Source: Nemertoderma westbladi (Eukaryota; Animalia; Xenacoelomorpha). From it: 64,000 bases of DNA. Positions 11,111-25,035 of the stretch are shown piece after piece. The notes under the pieces are model-generated. The model was not told where the DNA came from and made no database searches. It worked only from the letters and a program-made list of their open reading frames with translations. Position numbers and translations under genes: made by a program. How positions within the stretch are numbered: position 1 is the stretch's first letter; every line of letters begins with the position of its first letter. The stretch is taken from assembly GCA_032718475.1 (NCBI GenBank), contig JAUCBJ010001214.1:55942-119941 (forward strand), read 5' to 3'.

Positions 11111-12662
11111 TTATCTGAACAATCTGAGTAGACTTACACGTCTTCAGCTCAATATTAACTTACTAGGAAATAAAACCGACAGAAATAAGTAAGCTCCAAA
11201 AGAAACAAGGGGTGTACAGTCCCTAATCTCTTAAACAGCCTACCGGTAAGCACTAATCAAATTCGAATAATACTAATGTACTTATACAGCAGTACCGGTT
11301 AGGACAGTTGGGCCTACAGACCTACAGAAGTACCGGTTCTGGCAGTTGGACCTACGGACCTACAGCAGTACCGGTTCTGGCAGTTGGGCCTACTGACCTA
11401 CAGAAGTACCGGTTCAGGTTTACCGGTCACTACGGTATTTTGCAACCTTATTGCCTACTGCAATAAGATCGATAACTGTTACTGTTCGCGCTTTTGAAGA
11501 CCTTTAGCAGTTTAACCTGCCAAAATTTATATGTCTTTTAGTTAATTAAAACACCTTTAGCATACGACAATATTTTATGCTAATAAACAAAACATTAGCC
11601 GAAGCCAGCCCATGCGCGATCATTCACCCGATGGATACACCTGGGAGGCTGAATTCGGATGCTTAAATTTTATTATTGCAGTGTAAGGTTGCAGTGTAAA
11701 CCTACTGTATTATTCGATTGATCGTTAATAACTAATTTCTGACAGATATTATTGGCTTTCGGGAAATATTAACAGTTCCTTTAGGACGTGGCGCTCTATC
11801 TATTTAAACAGAACTAGGACTTATACTAAACGCAACGATACTGCTTATGATTAAAGTATAAGGCGCATTCTTTAGGAAATGCTTTGTTACCAATCACAAT
11901 CATGCACACTATTCTGCCGACCGTCAGTAAATTTGATCACACATAAAGAGAGCAGCAATTGACTCATGTAGGGTCTGCTAAATAACATTAGATTCAATAC
12001 ACACCACATTGATATAAATCGCAATTGTTATGTATAGCCTGTCTCTCTAACCTGTAGTGTATCAAGAAAATTGGGAATTTTGGGTGATTTATCCGTATTC
12101 TCCAAAGGGCAATAATTCATCAACAAATCGATACAATTAATAACTGACGGTAAATAACAGTACAAAAAATATGATTAGTGCAGTTAAATTAAGTGAGTTA
12201 GGTAAGGTAACAGTTATACTTTCGATAATTTAAGCAGTTTTACTGGAGTTCTTCCCAAAAGCCGGTGTTATGGCGAAAAATGGGAACATAACAACAGAAT
12301 CATATGAAGAATCATATGACTACATACTATACGAGGATACCAACTACCCTTATTCCCCGAAGCTCCCGTCCAACACAGAGGATGAGCATACAGATAGGAA
12401 ATTCAGTTCAGTAGCTCTGGGATAGGTCAAAATCAACGCCCACTCAAATTCTATTGGCTGATACGGACAGCAGGGCTGAGGCAACCTCCCTAAGCTGGTT
12501 GGCCGATCGAACAGAACCCAGATACCTTCGTACAGCACATCAGCCAATAAGCTGGTAGCTTGCACTATTTTTAGCTATAGATCCCTTTTAGAGTATTCTA
12601 GCGACCGGGGGGGAACTGGCCAGCAAGGCAAACGAATCAGTTATCCCACCAAAGCTTTTACA

Positions 12663-15600
12663 GGATCATAACCACCAATAAGGACAGATTGGGGAACTGA
12701 GTATGGATCATAACCATCAATAAGGACAGATTGGAGAACTGCGAATGGATCATAGCCATCAATAAGGACAGATTGAGAACTGCGAATGGATCATAACCAT
12801 CAATAAGGACAGATTGAGAACTGCGAATGGATCATAACCATCAATAAGGACAGATTGGGGAACTGAGTATGGATCATAACCATCAATAAGGACAGATTGG
12901 GGAACTGAGTATGGATCATAACCATCAATAAGGACAGATTGGAGAACTGCGAATGGATCATAACCATCAATAAGGACAGATTGGAGAACTGAGTATGGAT
13001 CATAACCATCAATAAGGACAGATTGAGAACTGCGAATGGATCATAACCATCAATAAGGACAGATTGGGGAACTGCGAATGGATCATAACCATCAATAAGG
13101 ACAGATTGAGGAACTGCGAATGGATCATAACCATCAATAAGGACAGATTGGGGAACTGAGTATGGATCATAACCATCAATAAGGACAGATTGAGAACTGC
13201 GAATGGATAATAACCATCAATAAGGACAGATTGGAGAACTGCGAATGGATCATAACCATCAATAAGGACAGATTGGAAAACTGCGAATGGATCATAACCA
13301 TCAATAAGGACAGATTGAGGAACTGCGAATGGATCAAACCATCAATAAGGACAGATTGGGGAACTGAGTATGGATCATAACCACCAATAAGGACAGATTG
13401 GGGAACTGCGAATGGATCATAACCATCAATAAGGACAGATTGGAAAACTGCGAATGGATCATAACCACCAATAAGGACAGATTGGGGAACTGCGAATGGA
13501 TCATAACCATCAATAAGGACAGATTGGAAAACTGCGAATGGATCATAACCACCAATAAGGACAGATTGGGGAACTGCGAATGGATCATAACCACCAATAA
13601 GGACAGATTGGGGAACTGCGAATGGATCATAACCACCAATAAGGACAGATTGGGGAACTGAGTATGGATCATAACCATCAATAAGGACAGATTGAGGAAC
13701 TGCGAATGGATCATAACCATCAATAAGGACAGATTGGGGAACTGCGAATGGATCATAACCATCAATAAGGACAGATTGAGAACTGCGAATGGATAATAAC
13801 CATCAATAAGGACAGATTGGAGAACTGCGAATGGATCATAACCATCAATAAGGACAGATTGGAAAACTGCGAATGGATCATAACCATCAATAAGGACATA
13901 TTGGAGAACTGAGTATGGATCATAACCATCAATAAGGACAGATTGGGGAACTGAGTATGGATCATAACCATCAATAAGGACAGATTGGGGAACTGAGTAT
14001 GGATCATAACCATCAATAAGGACAGATTGAGAACTGCGAATGGATCATAACCATCAATAAGGACAGATTGGAGAACTGAGTATGGATCATAACCATCAAT
14101 AAGGACAGATTGAGGAACTGCGAATGGATCATAACCATCAATAAGGACAGATTGGAGAACTGAGTATGGATCATAACCATCAATAAGCACAGATTGGGGA
14201 ACTGAGTATGGATCATAACCATCAATAAGGACAGATTGGAGAACTGCGAATGGATCATAACCATCAATAAGGACAGATTGGGGAACTGAGTATGGATCAT
14301 AACCATCAATAAGGACAGATTGGAGAACTGCGAATGGATCATAACCATCAATAAGGACAGATTGGAGAACTGAGAATGGATCATAACCATCAATAAGGAC
14401 AGATTTGGGAACTGCGAATGGATCATAACCATCAATAAGGACAGATTGGAGAACTGCGAATGGATCATAACCATCAATAAGGACAGATTGGAGAACTGAG
14501 AATGGATTATAACCATCAATAAGGACAGATTGGGGAACTGAGTATGGATCATAACCATCAATAAGGACAGATTGGAGAACTGAGTATGGATCATAACCAT
14601 CAATAAGGACAGATTGGGGAACTGAGTATGGATCATAACCATCAATAAGGACAGATTGGGGAACTGAGTATGGATCATAACCATCAATAAGGACAGATTG
14701 GAGAACTGAGTATGGATCATAACCATCAATAAGGACAGATTGGAGAACTGAGTATGGATCATAACCATCAATAAGGACAGATTGGGGAACTGAGTATGGA
14801 TCATAACCATCAATAAGGACAGATTGGAGAACTGCGAATGGATCATAACCATCAATAAGGACAGATTGGAGAACTGAGAATGGATCATAACCATCAATAA
14901 GGAAAGATTTGGGAACTGCGAATGGATCATAACCATCAATAAGGACAGATTGGAGAACTGCGAATGGATCATAACCATCAATAAGGACAGATTGAGAACT
15001 GCGAATGGATCATAACCATCAATAAGGACAGATTGGGGAACTGAGTATGGATCATAACCATCAATAAGGATAGATTGGGGAACTGAGTATGGATCATAAC
15101 CATCAATAAGGACAGATTGGAGAACTGAGTATGGATCATAACCATCAATAAGGACAGATTGAGGAACTGCGAATTGATCATAACCATCAATAAGGTCAAA
15201 TTGAGGAACTGCGAATGGATCATAACCATCAATAAGGACAGATTGGGGAACTGAGTATGGATCATAACCATCAATAAGGACAGATTGGAGAACTGCGAAT
15301 GGATCATAACCATCAATAAGGACAGATTGAGAACTGCGAATGGATCATAACCATCAATAAGGACAGATTGGGGAACTGAGTATGGATCATAACCATCAAT
15401 AAGGACAGATTGGAGAACTGCGAATGGATCATAACCATCAATAAGGACAGATTGGAGAACTGAGAATGGATCATAACCATCAATAAGGACAGATTTGGGA
15501 ACTGCGAATGGATCATAACCATCAATAAGGACAGATTGGAGAACTGCGAATGGATCATAACCATCAATAAGGACAGATTGAGAACTGCGAATGGATCATA

Positions 15601-17428
15601 ACCATCAATAAGGACAGATTGGGGAACTGAGTATGGATCATAACCATCAATAAGGACAGATTGGGGAACTGAGTATGGATCATAACCATCAATAAGGACA
15701 GATTGGAGAACTGAGTATGGATCATAACCATCAATAAGGACAGATTGAGAACTGCGAATGGATCATAACCATCAATAAGGACAGATTGGGGAACTGCGAA
15801 TGGATCATAACCATCAATAAGGACAGATTGGAGAACTGCGAATGGATCATAACCATCAATAAGGACAGATTGGAGAACTGAGTATGGATCATAACCATCA
15901 ATAAGGACAGATTGGAGAACTGCGAATGGATCATAACCATCAATAAGGTCAGATTGAGGAACTGCGAATGGATCATAACCATCAATAAGGACAGATTGGA
16001 GAACTGCGAATGGATCATAACCATCAATAAGGACAGATTGGAGAACTGCGAATGGATCATAACCATCAATAAGGACAGATTGGAGAACTGCGAATGGATC
16101 ATAACCATCAATAAGGACAGATTGGAGAACTGCGAATGGATCATAACCATCAATAAGGACAGATTGGAGAACTGAGTATGGATCATAACCATCAATAAGG
16201 ACAGGTTGGAGAACTGCGAATGGATCATAACCATCAATAAGGACAGATTGAGAACTGCGAATGGATCATAACCATCAATAAGGACAGATTGGGGAACTGA
16301 GTATGGATCATAACCATCAATAAGGATAGATTGGGGAACTGAGTATGGATCATAACCATCAATAAGGACAGATTGGAGAACTGAGTATGGATCATAACCA
16401 TCAATAAGGACAGATTGAGGAACTGCGAATTGATCATAACCATCAATAAGGTCAGATTGAGGAACTGCGAATGGATCATAACCATCAATAAGGACAGATT
16501 GGGGAACTGAGTATGGATCATAACCATCAATAAGGACAGATTGGAGAACTGCGAATGGATCATAACCATCAATAAGGACAGATTGAGAACTGCGAATGGA
16601 TCATAACCATCAATAAGGACAGATTGGGGAACTGAGTATGGATCATAACCATCAATAAGGACAGATTGGAGAACTGCGAATGGATCATAACCATCAATAA
16701 GGACAGATTGGAGAACTGAGAATGGATCATAACCATCAATAAGGACAGATTTGGGAACTGCGAATGGATCATAACCATCAATAAGGACAGATTGGAGAAC
16801 TGCGAATGGATCATAACCATCAATAAGGACAGATTGAGAACTGCGAATGGATCATAACCATCAATAAGGACAGATTGGGGAACTGAGTATGGATCATAAC
16901 CATCAATAAGGACAGATTGGGGAACTGAGTATGGATCATAACCATCAATAAGGACAGATTGGAGAACTGAGTATGGATCATAACCATCAATAAGGACAGA
17001 TTGAGAACTGCGAATGGATCATAACCATCAATAAGGACAGATTGGGGAACTGCGAATGGATCATAACCATCAATAAGGACAGATTGGAGAACTGCGAATG
17101 GATCATAACCATCAATAAGGACAGATTGGAGAACTGAGTATGGATCATAACCATCAATAAGGACAGATTGGAGAACTGCGAATGGATCATAACCATCAAT
17201 AAGGTCAGATTGAGGAACTGCGAATGGATCATAACCATCAATAAGGACAGATTGGAGAACTGCGAATGGATCATAACCATCAATAAGGACAGATTGGAGA
17301 ACTGCGAATGGATCATAACCATCAATAAGGACAGATTGGAGAACTGCGAATGGATCATAACCATCAATAAGGACAGATTGGAGAACTGCGAATGGATCAT
17401 AACCATCAATAAGGACAGATTGGAGAAC
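12663..17428. repeat. 42-bp tandem array (~114 units) with a 1256-bp higher-order duplication
   Basis: Unit TGGATCATAACCATCAATAAGGACAGATTGGAGAACTGCGAA with 41-bp variants. Identical variant patterns recur 1256 bp apart (ORFs 14978/16234, 15313/16569, 15731/16987). Confidence 0.97.
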
Positions 17429-20400
17429 GTCGACACTCGATGAGACTGGCATAAGCGGTCTCTCGTTAAGATAGGCAGCGATTTCTTCCATTAACGTCCG
17501 TAGAAGTTCGTCGGTGAGATATGCGCGGCACGGCACTATAAAGTGAAATGCGGTCTTGACACTTCGAATCAATCTCTCCCAACTTCCTCCCCACCAAGGG
17601 GCGTCGGCGGCGTTAAAGGTCCAGCTAGACGCCGTTATCCGTAGCTGGTCATCCACCTGTCTTTGATTCCAGTCCTTTACGTAAGCCTGGATTTCGTTGT
17701 TGGCACCAATGAAGTTCGTTCCCTTATCGGATCTCATCGTATTGCTAGTGCCGAAACGAGCGATCTGTCGTCGTAGACATAAGACGAAGCTGTTAGTAGA
17801 TAGATCGTTCACCATATCGAGATGGATAGCTCTACAAGTCATGCAGACAAAGATTACACACCATCTCTTGATTATAGTTCTAGCACGATATACTTCAATA
17901 GGGCCAAATAAATCCACACCAGTATTAGTAAAGGGTGGTTCATAAAAGCTTACTCGTTCCCTAGGTAATTCTGCCTCTCGCTGTGTTAAAGGCCTACTGA
18001 ATACTTTCCTACAAGGTATGCAGTTCCTAAGAACTTGATTCAGAGCTCTACGTGGTTTATGAAAATAATAGCGGGTTCGAATCTCGCTAAGAACTCGTTC
18101 TCTACCAGCATGATACAGTTTACTGTGAACATCTACAATCATCTTGATTTGTACTTCAAGATTACTAATGAGTATAGGGAATTTAGTATCAAAAGATAAT
18201 GGAGCATTGGTGAGTCTTCCTCCAACGCGTATTAACCCATCTATCATTGTGCTAGAGAAGCGATCCCTTAAGCGCATCTGCGGATTTCTTAATAGCAGAA
18301 AATACCTATCGGAATCCTCATAGCATTGCAATAGTCTCAGTAGCTGCTTATTAGTTTCTTCATGCTCCTGGTAGCTGATCTTCTCCTTTAGAAACCGGTC
18401 TGATATCTTGTACTTAGGTAGATCTTTAATAACATGAACTTGTGCAGATGTTACTAGAGCAGGATCACTAGTGTTCTTCTTCCTGGAGTAATGATGGTGA
18501 AAACATCTCTTTAAGTATGTGATAGCTTTACAGAGACGATTCCAGGAACTGTAATGATGCAGTGCTCTCTGCAGCAGGGGTGAGATTCCTTGCGAGACGT
18601 CTGGTATCTCAGATTTCCAATTTCTATTTCTAATTTCCACAACAGATTTGTTTGTGGCGAGGGATTGTGGATCCGAAGTATCGTTCTCGGAAACATGTAA
18701 TACAGATAGATCGATAGCCGGTTTAAATAACTTCGATTTACTCGCCCGGGTTTTAGGTTTGACAGTCTCCGCTCCCTTGGCTTGTCTAATTTCCGCCGTA
18801 GTAAGGTGAGGAGGCCATTCGTCCTCTTCCTTGCTCAGGAAGTCGGGTCCACCCAACCAATCTGGAGTATCTATCAGTTCCTGTGGAGTTGCTCCTCTGG
18901 AGGCGATGTCAGCTGGGTTAATAGTACCAGGGCAATGTCTCCATTGATCTATCGTTGTGCGACTAAGAATAATGGCCACTCTGTTAGTAACAAAGACGCT
19001 GAACTGACAGACTTCATTCGTTATATATTCCAATACAAGTAAAGCGTCGGTCCAATAAACGGTTTTCTCCAGTGGATAATCGATCTGTTCTGTTACATTC
19101 CGTCCGATAGCGGTAGCGTATAATGCTGCTTTTAACTCCGCTCGAGGAACCTTAAGCTTGTTGTTAATCAATGCCTTAGAGGTAACCAAGGCAACTTTGA
19201 TTCCATCCGGAGTTTCGACTCGCAGATATGCTACTATACCGATCCCCATATCGCTGGCGTCTCCAAATACATGGAGTTGATAGGAATATGTAGGGAGAAC
19301 ATGACCAAAATATGAACGGGAAATTATAAAGTTCTCGATGGCAGGTAGCGAATCCTCCCATTTCATCCATTTCTTTAATAGTTCTCCCTTGAGTGGATCG
19401 TCCCACGAGTGGTTTTCCAGCCACATTTGTTGTACTAAACTCCGAGCAATCAATATAACTGGGCTAATAAATCCCAAGGGATCGAAATAAGTGCTCAGAA
19501 TACTTAAACAAATCCGTTTGGTCCGAACTGGATTATCTCGCTGTTTTAACTGAAAAAACAGGATGTCTCTTTCTGTGTCCCACTTCAAGCCTAGCGTCTT
19601 GGTTTCAGGAAGATCGTCCTTTATTAAGTCTAAGTCTTTCGCTCCGCGATCTTCTACCGGTATGGCTTCCAGAAACTCACGGGAGTTACTAGTGAATTTC
19701 GTCAGTCGAAATCCACCCTTTTTCAAACACTCTACCGTTCCTTTCGCGACAGCTATGGCTTCTTCTACTGATGGAAGGGACCTTAAATTGTCGTCCATAT
19801 ATATATTGCGCTTTATGTTATCTATCACCTCTTTGGAGAAGGCATCCCGGTTGTCATCCGCAGTGGTACGGACCACTGAACAGGCGTTTGAAGGGCTTGA
19901 TATAATCCCAAAAGCCTGGATGGTCATCCAGTACTCTACCGGTGTCTGGTTGAGATCTCCTTCAGGCCACCACAGGAATCTTAGGCTGTCTCTATCACGA
20001 TCCAACGCCTTGACTTGTAGGAACATTCCTTCTATATCGGAGGCGAACGCGATGGAATATTGTCTTAATCTCAACAGTATCCCCAACAAAGATTGGAGCA
20101 AGTTGGGTCCAGGTAACAACTCGGAATTAAGGGATTGGCCCATATATAGGGCGGAGCCATCAAATACAACCCGTACTTCATGGGGTTTACCGGGTTTGGG
20201 AACATAATGATGTGTTAGATAATAAGTCCTTTCAGTTATTGGAGTTCCTTCCGGTACTCGCTCCGCATATCCCTTTGTGATAAATTTCTTCAACTGAGTT
20301 TGGTACATTTCCTTAGCTGAAGCGTTTGCCGTCAGACGTCGATGTAATTGATTGATTCTTTTCTCAGCCAAGGGTCTGTTATTTATAAATCTGGGTTCAC

Positions 20401-23400
20401 GTTTTCGGAAGGGTAGTCCGATTTCATATCTACCTTGATCTTTTAAAAAACGTGTGGTTGTTTCCTGGATTTGCTTGGCTCTTTCTTCTTCGATCGACAG
20501 GGCTTTGTCGTATGAATTGGGTTCTACCAATTCTTGGGTAAAGAATCGTACGGCGAGTTCGTCCCGAGTTCTAGCGTTGTAGCGCTCTACCTCGTCATTA
20601 AGTTCGTCATTATAATTAGTGGATTCTGTTGGGCGAATCAGTTGACATAGGTTCGTTTGGGTTTTCCAAGTTTGGTTTTCGGTAAGTAGGTCAATTGTGT
20701 TCTCTTCTTCGAAGAGTTGGTAGATGTCGTCATTATCTGAGGAGTATGGTGTTCCCTCAGTTGGTTCGTCCACTTCGCTGTTTTCCTCTTCCCAATCACT
20801 TACCTGATCTATTTGGTCGTGTGACATTCTCTCTTCTAGAGTTCTACGGGAAGGGCCAGTGAAGTACCAACCTACTCTAGTTCTTACCGCATAAGTTTGC
20901 AGTGGCTGTGGTTGAGCAGGCCGTTTCTCTAATGTTTCGAGCACCTCGTGCGCGTTTTGGCCGATAAGTATTTGCACTCCAGGATAATCTGTCTGGAATC
21001 GAGGTATCTTAAGATGTTGGACGCTCTCATCTTCGTCCCAATTATAAAGGTCTGCTTGAGTAGTAGCAAAGTTCTTTATAGCCACCATTTTTACTGACCT
21101 TACACCTTGTGTTCCTAACTTATCCTGGGGGGTGGACAACACACCTACATAGTAATCTGCCGTCAGGGTAGATTTCCAAACCTGCATAATTCCTGACATA
21201 TTCAATTTAGTCCGGAACTTGGGTTGTCCAGCAAAGATATCTTCGGCTAGTTCTTGATCGATGAATGTTCCTGTGCTGCCGGAGTCCAGGAGGGCGTTCA
21301 CTATGTAGCTCTTGTTAATACCGTGAACTCTTACCTGAACTACAGGAAATTCTCTGATTCCTTTGGAAGTTGGAGCTTTCCAAAATGGTTGTTTGGCGAA
21401 AGTAGTTTGGGGAAACTCCTCGTTGATGTCTTTTTCGTAAGTAAGTGCTCGATACACTGCGGTATTTATTAGATAACAGGATTCGTTGGCATCGGAGAAT
21501 TCGTCTGTATAGAATCCTTCCCACTCAGAACCTTGGTCAGTGTCGTTCACATCACTGAATTGGACATGTAGTTCGGGCTCACTTACCTGACTCTGGTTGT
21601 CTCGTTCGAACTCACTGTGTAACAAGACGTGATGTTTCGCGCTACACTTTTCACACTTTATGTCGGAGTAACAGGTTCGCCGTTGGTGTCCTGGTCTGAG
21701 GCAATTATAGCATAACCGCTTGTCCCACACAACTGTACGTCTGTCTACAAGGGGTTTCTTTAGAAATTCCGCACACGCACTCAAACGGTGGGTCCCATCA
21801 CACAGCGCACAGTTAGGTTTTATGTTACTTACTTTACCCTGGGTAGTATGCTGCACTCTCGTTCTTTCTTCGGGCTTTCTCCCGCGCATTCTGTTAGGAG
21901 ACTGAGGAGGGGTCTTAGTAACCTGTTCTCTCCTATTGTTGGTTCGAGCTTTGTATTTACTTACGTCCTTGGAGGTTTTGTCAATATAATAAGATCGTTC
22001 GGTGTCTTTCCCGCTGTCTTCGTCTTGGGAAGCTTGGCTTTCGCCGTCGTCAGTGTAACACACCGGTGTTACTCTCCTCCTAGAAGTAGGTTTCTCACTT
22101 ACCTTATTTTCCGATGTTTTCTCTCTGGACTGCATGATGAGTTGTAATTTGACTTCACCATCTAAGAAAGACATGAGATCAGCCATGGTTGGACTTCGTC
22201 GTTGTTGTTCATTCATGTACAACACTTTCTTGTCCCAGCGTGTACATACTCCACCCTTTGGTAAAGTAGAGACTACGGCTCCAATAACCATGGAACTCTG
22301 GTATTCGTGCGACTTACCTAACCAGTCCAGTTGTCTACAGATCTCTTGTATTTCATCGGAAAACTCTATAATCCCACTACTAAGGAAGTGTCGGGGGGCT
22401 ACTAACTTTGTATACAAATACTTAGCTATGTTATCTTTGTTACCATACCTGATGTTTAATGTATCCCAAACTTGTCTTAATCCTTCTGGATGTCCAATAA
22501 ACTTTAACGCCATTAACTTGGGAGGTCCTTCCAAACACTTGATGAGGAATCTAAGTTTCTCTCCGTTAGATAGTACAGAGTTCTGTATGCTATCTTTGTA
22601 ATATTCGTTGAAAGGTAACCATTTCATCTCATCTCCATTGAATTTGACGATCTCTCCCACTTTGACCGCTTGGCGGGCTTCTGTTCTAGCCATCTGACGC
22701 GTAAAGCTTTCTTGGGCCATCGTGTTATTTAATATCGAATTATCGGTATACAAATTTCTCGGATCATTATCAGGTCGATAAGGAATATCATTAATAACAG
22801 GTCTATAATCACCCTTAATAGGGTTTGCTATAGGAGTTTCAACTTCACTAGCAGTATAGATGCGTGTAGGCTCCACACCTTGCGCATGTAATACTTCAGA
22901 CCTAACGGGTTGACACAATGTTACAGGGGGCATTGGTATGCCTTTTTGTATATTGACTAATTTGTCGCGTTCTAGCGCGATACTTTGCTGCACTTCTTGC
23001 AACTCTGCTCTACCTTCCCTCACTGTTCCCTTAAGTTGGTGGACAGTCTCCTGCATCTGTCCTAACAGGAGATTCATCCCCCGCCGTCCCTCCTCCACCC
23101 ACTCAACCGCTGAAGCGGGAGTCGCCAACATAGTAGCGGGCTGACGCGGGACGACGGGAGACAAATTATTGATTTCTCTCTCTGCTATCTGGACAGGGGT
23201 ATTTGAATGGACTGTTCCACCGGGTACAGGCAGTGTAGTGCTATGTAAAGGGAATTTAGAGTTAAGCTCTGGAAGTGTAGGGGTCTCTAGCACAGAAGTG
23301 ACTTTGGGAACTACAGGCCTAATTATTTCAGGTTCATCGACTATAGTAGGGAGTCTTTTGACCTGGATAAATTGTTCTATGGGTTCTGCACTACCTAAAT

Positions 23401-25035
23401 CTGTGCTATTTGCTGTCTTTTAACAGCTGGGGGCAAATCAGGCAATTTACGACGGTAATATGTTTTTCTACGCCTACTTAGATGAGATCTATCTCCTCCG
23501 CCTTCAGGGTCGGTAGTATCGCCTTCTTCCGATGATGTGTACCCCTGGCGCTTGGGAGTAGATTTTCTCATCAGCTGCATTTGATTAGCAGTAAACTGTT
23601 TATTTATACTGTCTTGCGTCTCTTGCAGCTTTTCCAACTCCAATTGGATAGTCGCCTCAGACGCTCTCCGTTCTGCTTCTGCCACTGTTGCCTTTCTTTC
23701 GGCTTCCGCCGTTTTTCTTTCTTCTTCTGCTTCTGCCGCTTTTGCCTTTCTTTCGGCTTCCGCCGCTTTTCTTTCTTCTTCTGCTTCTGCCGCTTTTGCC
23801 TTTCTTTCGGCTTCTGCTTCTTTTCTTTCTGCTTCTGCTTCCGCCGCCGCTGCTGCTGCTACCTTTCTTCTCTCTATCAGTTCTTTCTTTACTTGTTCTT
23901 CTCGGACTCTAATGAGGCGGAGTTTTTCATCACATTCAGCTTGGTTTGCAGCTAACATTTCGGCATCGATTGAGTCCAATATAAGCTTGGTTCCTTCACT
24001 ATTAGGGGAAAGTCCATGCAGCCGTCTCCTCAACTCTTCGTCTCCTAGGAATCGCTGATAGTCGGACAAATAAATGTCGATAGCGTCTCTAGTTCGCGGT
24101 TTCTCGGCGGCCTCTTCGCTTTCTGCTTGAGAAAGGGTGACATCAGTTTGTTCTTCACAAGTTGATCTCTCAGCCAGCTGGGATTTCCACGTGGCCGTTT
24201 CCTGTACTTTGAGATCTACCCGATGTAGCCAAGTTTTGACAGCAACCTGCAGCGACGTGTCCTGTCTTCTTTTGGAAGTTTCCTCAAAGGCTGAGAGGAT
24301 TAGTCGAATGCGTAGGGTTCTTTCACGTACTTGGTATAGCAGCTCTTCCTGCTCTTGAGGTCCTTGAAGTTGTCGAAACAGTTGTTCTTCCAAGCGCTCC
24401 AAGGAGCCGAAGAATCCCTGCACATATCCTGCTGCCGACCTCTTCCAAACAGCTGGATCCATTGTATCTTTTGCCACTCCCATCCTGTGTATATCTTCCC
24501 AAGTAGCCTCGGACATATCAAACGGAAGTCCGAGTCCGGGAAAGTTCCATTGTGATTCAACAATAGATATCAATTCTTCCCTGGCGTATCCCGCGTAATT
24601 ATCTTGGGTCGCTCGCTTATTCTTCGCCCAGTCGGCTTGATGTTCCTCCACCGCAATGAATATCGTAGTTAGCACTGCAGCGGGAAGGGTAAGAAGGGGG
24701 TCCGAGTAGACTGTAGCAGCCATCTGCACTCCATGTTCGGGAGTCAGCTCTACAGTATCCGAACTGCTGGAGCTATCGGGTCGCTGGGAAGTAGGTTCTT
24801 GACCAAGATGTTGCTGCGATAAGACAACTGCCTCTTGGTCCCGTTTTACCTGTGCCCGAGTGCCTATGATGGACCTATGGTGGATTAGCCTAGGGTCTGA
24901 TACTACTGGAGGGATGACCTTTTTTACAGTATGAGGTGAGCCGAACTCCTCTCTTATTCGCTCCACACTCCTATCTGAATCACAGATAGTTGTATCGATC
25001 AGACTGTCCGACAGGTTTTTCTGAGTGTCAGACAT
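17428..25035 (-). CDS. BEL/Pao Gag-Pol polyprotein, split by a 1-bp frameshift near 23408 and truncated by the 42-bp array
   Basis: ORFs 23395-25035 and 16820-23293. Triple zinc knuckle, LLDSGS protease, RT (RVVFDGS, DIEGMFLQV, YMDD), Pao RNase H (VFGDAS, RAELKA, WTDA, NPAD), integrase (HHCC, GVDLFGP, SDKGTNF, GGSWERLIRSVK, LNERPL). Confidence 0.93.

Larger units (their letters stand above)
1..12662 (-). mobile_element. BEL/Pao LTR retrotransposon copy 1, internally deleted and non-autonomous; 3' end not in window
   Basis: The 5' end TGTAAAAGCTT.. at 12662 is shared with copy 2 (28515). Leader and gag-protease are colinear with copy 2. RT is absent; only RNase H and integrase C-terminal remnants remain. 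Extending the element over the 1-3010 ORF is an inference. Confidence 0.8.

Noticed and set aside
12274-12662. LTR at 12662 as the 3' LTR of copy 2 (shared-LTR tandem)
   Set aside because: No polypurine tract precedes it, and its U3-like block differs from the 5' LTR of copy 2.
12663-17428. CRISPR-like appearance of the 42-bp array
   Set aside because: Units are head-to-tail with only point variants; there are no unique spacers or cas genes, and the context is eukaryotic.
12800-17443. Repeat-encoded ORFs (MVMIHSQFSNLSLL / NCEWIITINKDRLE)
   Set aside because: By-products of a 42-bp unit lacking stops; frames are repeatedly broken by 41-bp units.
23395-23420. Programmed ribosomal frameshift between the two copy-2 ORFs
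   Set aside because: Copy 1 reads through this site in one frame and has one more base, so this is a 1-bp deletion or sequencing error.
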